NCBI GenBank assembly: GCA_044359535.1
Contig: JBIKLZ010000027.1
Coordinates: 1-16,272, forward strand
Source of the DNA: Chlamydiia bacterium
GTDB taxonomy: Bacteria; Chlamydiota; Chlamydiia; Chlamydiales; 2-12-FULL-49-11
Reading direction: 5' to 3'
Length of the DNA: 16,272 bases
Shown here: positions 15,619 to 16,272 of the stretch, in pieces
Layout of the letters: every line of letters starts with the position of its first letter
Position numbering within the stretch: position 1 is the first letter of the stretch
Position numbers and translations under genes: made by a program
The notes under the pieces: model-generated
What the model saw: only the letters and a program-made list of their open reading frames with translations
Told to the model about the DNA's origin: nothing
The model's database searches: none

Positions 15619-16272
15619 ATGGCGAAAAGGAAGTTAGAAAAGGATCCAACAATTTTAGAGGCTGTAGATAACCTTTCTTCAATGGCTGAGATCGATGTTA
15701 AAGAGCTAAAGGGGAATGAAAAAAATAAGAGGGGGGATTTAAACACCCTTCGTTGGCTTGATTCAAGTGATGAAAGAAAGACAGTAGAGTTGGTTAAATC
15801 TAATTTAAAGGTGGTTTTAAACTACTTAAAGCATATTCATACAAAAGAAGCAGGTCAATTACATCAGTCACACATCAAAAAAGGGATCCTTTCAATCATA
15901 GAGCTTGCTCAAGAAGCTGTCGATAAAGTTGAAAAATATGGAAAGCAGTGCAAGAAAAAGATGGATATTTCTAATTCAAAGGAATATACAGCACTCATGG
16001 ATTTTTATCAAAAGAGTATAAAAGGGCATTTTGAAAAAAAATCTGAGCACATTGAAGAGGAAGAAGAGCTTGATCCTGAGGATAGTAAACGTCGAGGTTT
16101 GCATGACTTAGATGGGGTAAAAAGAGATGATGATTATGAATTGTTTTATCTTCAAAAAGAGGATGGGGGGAGATTTTACAACCCCAATATTGCAAGACAT
16201 ATTCGGTTAGTGGCTGATTTTGATAAAATTATCTCTGGATTTACACTCTTTGATCCCCTCACAAAAGTTCCG
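15619..16272 (+). CDS. Charged, helical hypothetical protein, 3' truncated; not in ORF track
   Basis: ATG at 15619 with SD AGGGAG. Open for 218 codons to the window end: MAKRKLEKDPTILEAVDNLSSMAEIDV...VKRDDDYELFYLQKEDGGRFYNPNIARHIRLVADFD... Confidence 0.85.
   Translation, partial: MAKRKLEKDPTILEAVDNLSSMAEIDVKELKGNEKNKRGDLNTLRWLDSSDERKTVELVKSNLKVVLNYLKHIHTKEAGQLHQSHIKKGILSIIELAQEAVDKVEKYGKQCKKKMDISNSKEYTALMDFYQKSIKGHFEKKSEHIEEEEELDPEDSKRRGLHDLDGVKRDDDYELFYLQKEDGGRFYNPNIARHIRLVADFDKIISGFTLFDPLTKVP

Noticed and set aside
16099-16146. EF-hand in the Asp-rich segment LHDLDGVKRDDDYEL
   Set aside because: The spacing does not fit the canonical DxDxDGxxxxxE loop.
15995-16195. 66-aa minus-strand ORF
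   Set aside because: Antisense to the longer open frame 15619..>16272, which has an SD.
1-16272. Homopolymer A/T runs as phase-variation sites
   Set aside because: Runs of 7-9 nt are common throughout this AT-rich sequence and all the host ORFs are intact.

Overview
AT-rich bacterial window, most likely from an environmental member of the Chlamydiae. This assignment is my inference, chiefly from a secretin that closely follows chlamydial CdsC/SctC motifs and a CT273-like ORF. Left to right: (1) an emrAB-type efflux pair, with emrA truncated at the window edge; (2) a small CT273/DUF5399-like ORF converging on an unusually short (429 aa) stand-alone CdsC-type secretin; (3) a minus-strand run of an S9 peptidase, an exported hypothetical protein, two tandem-duplicated 8-stranded beta-barrel outer-membrane proteins, a 719-aa hypothetical protein and an orphan oppA; (4) a divergent plus-strand run of a DHA2 MFS transporter, an exported beta-rich protein and two tiny paralogous 2-TM proteins (one missing from the ORF track); (5) a truncated hypothetical CDS, also missing from the ORF track. 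I saw no RNA genes, CRISPR arrays or mobile elements. The most interesting items are the minimal orphan secretin, the loop-diversified OMP pair with diverged promoters, the oppA-linked 719-aa protein and the duplicated Cys-rich microproteins.
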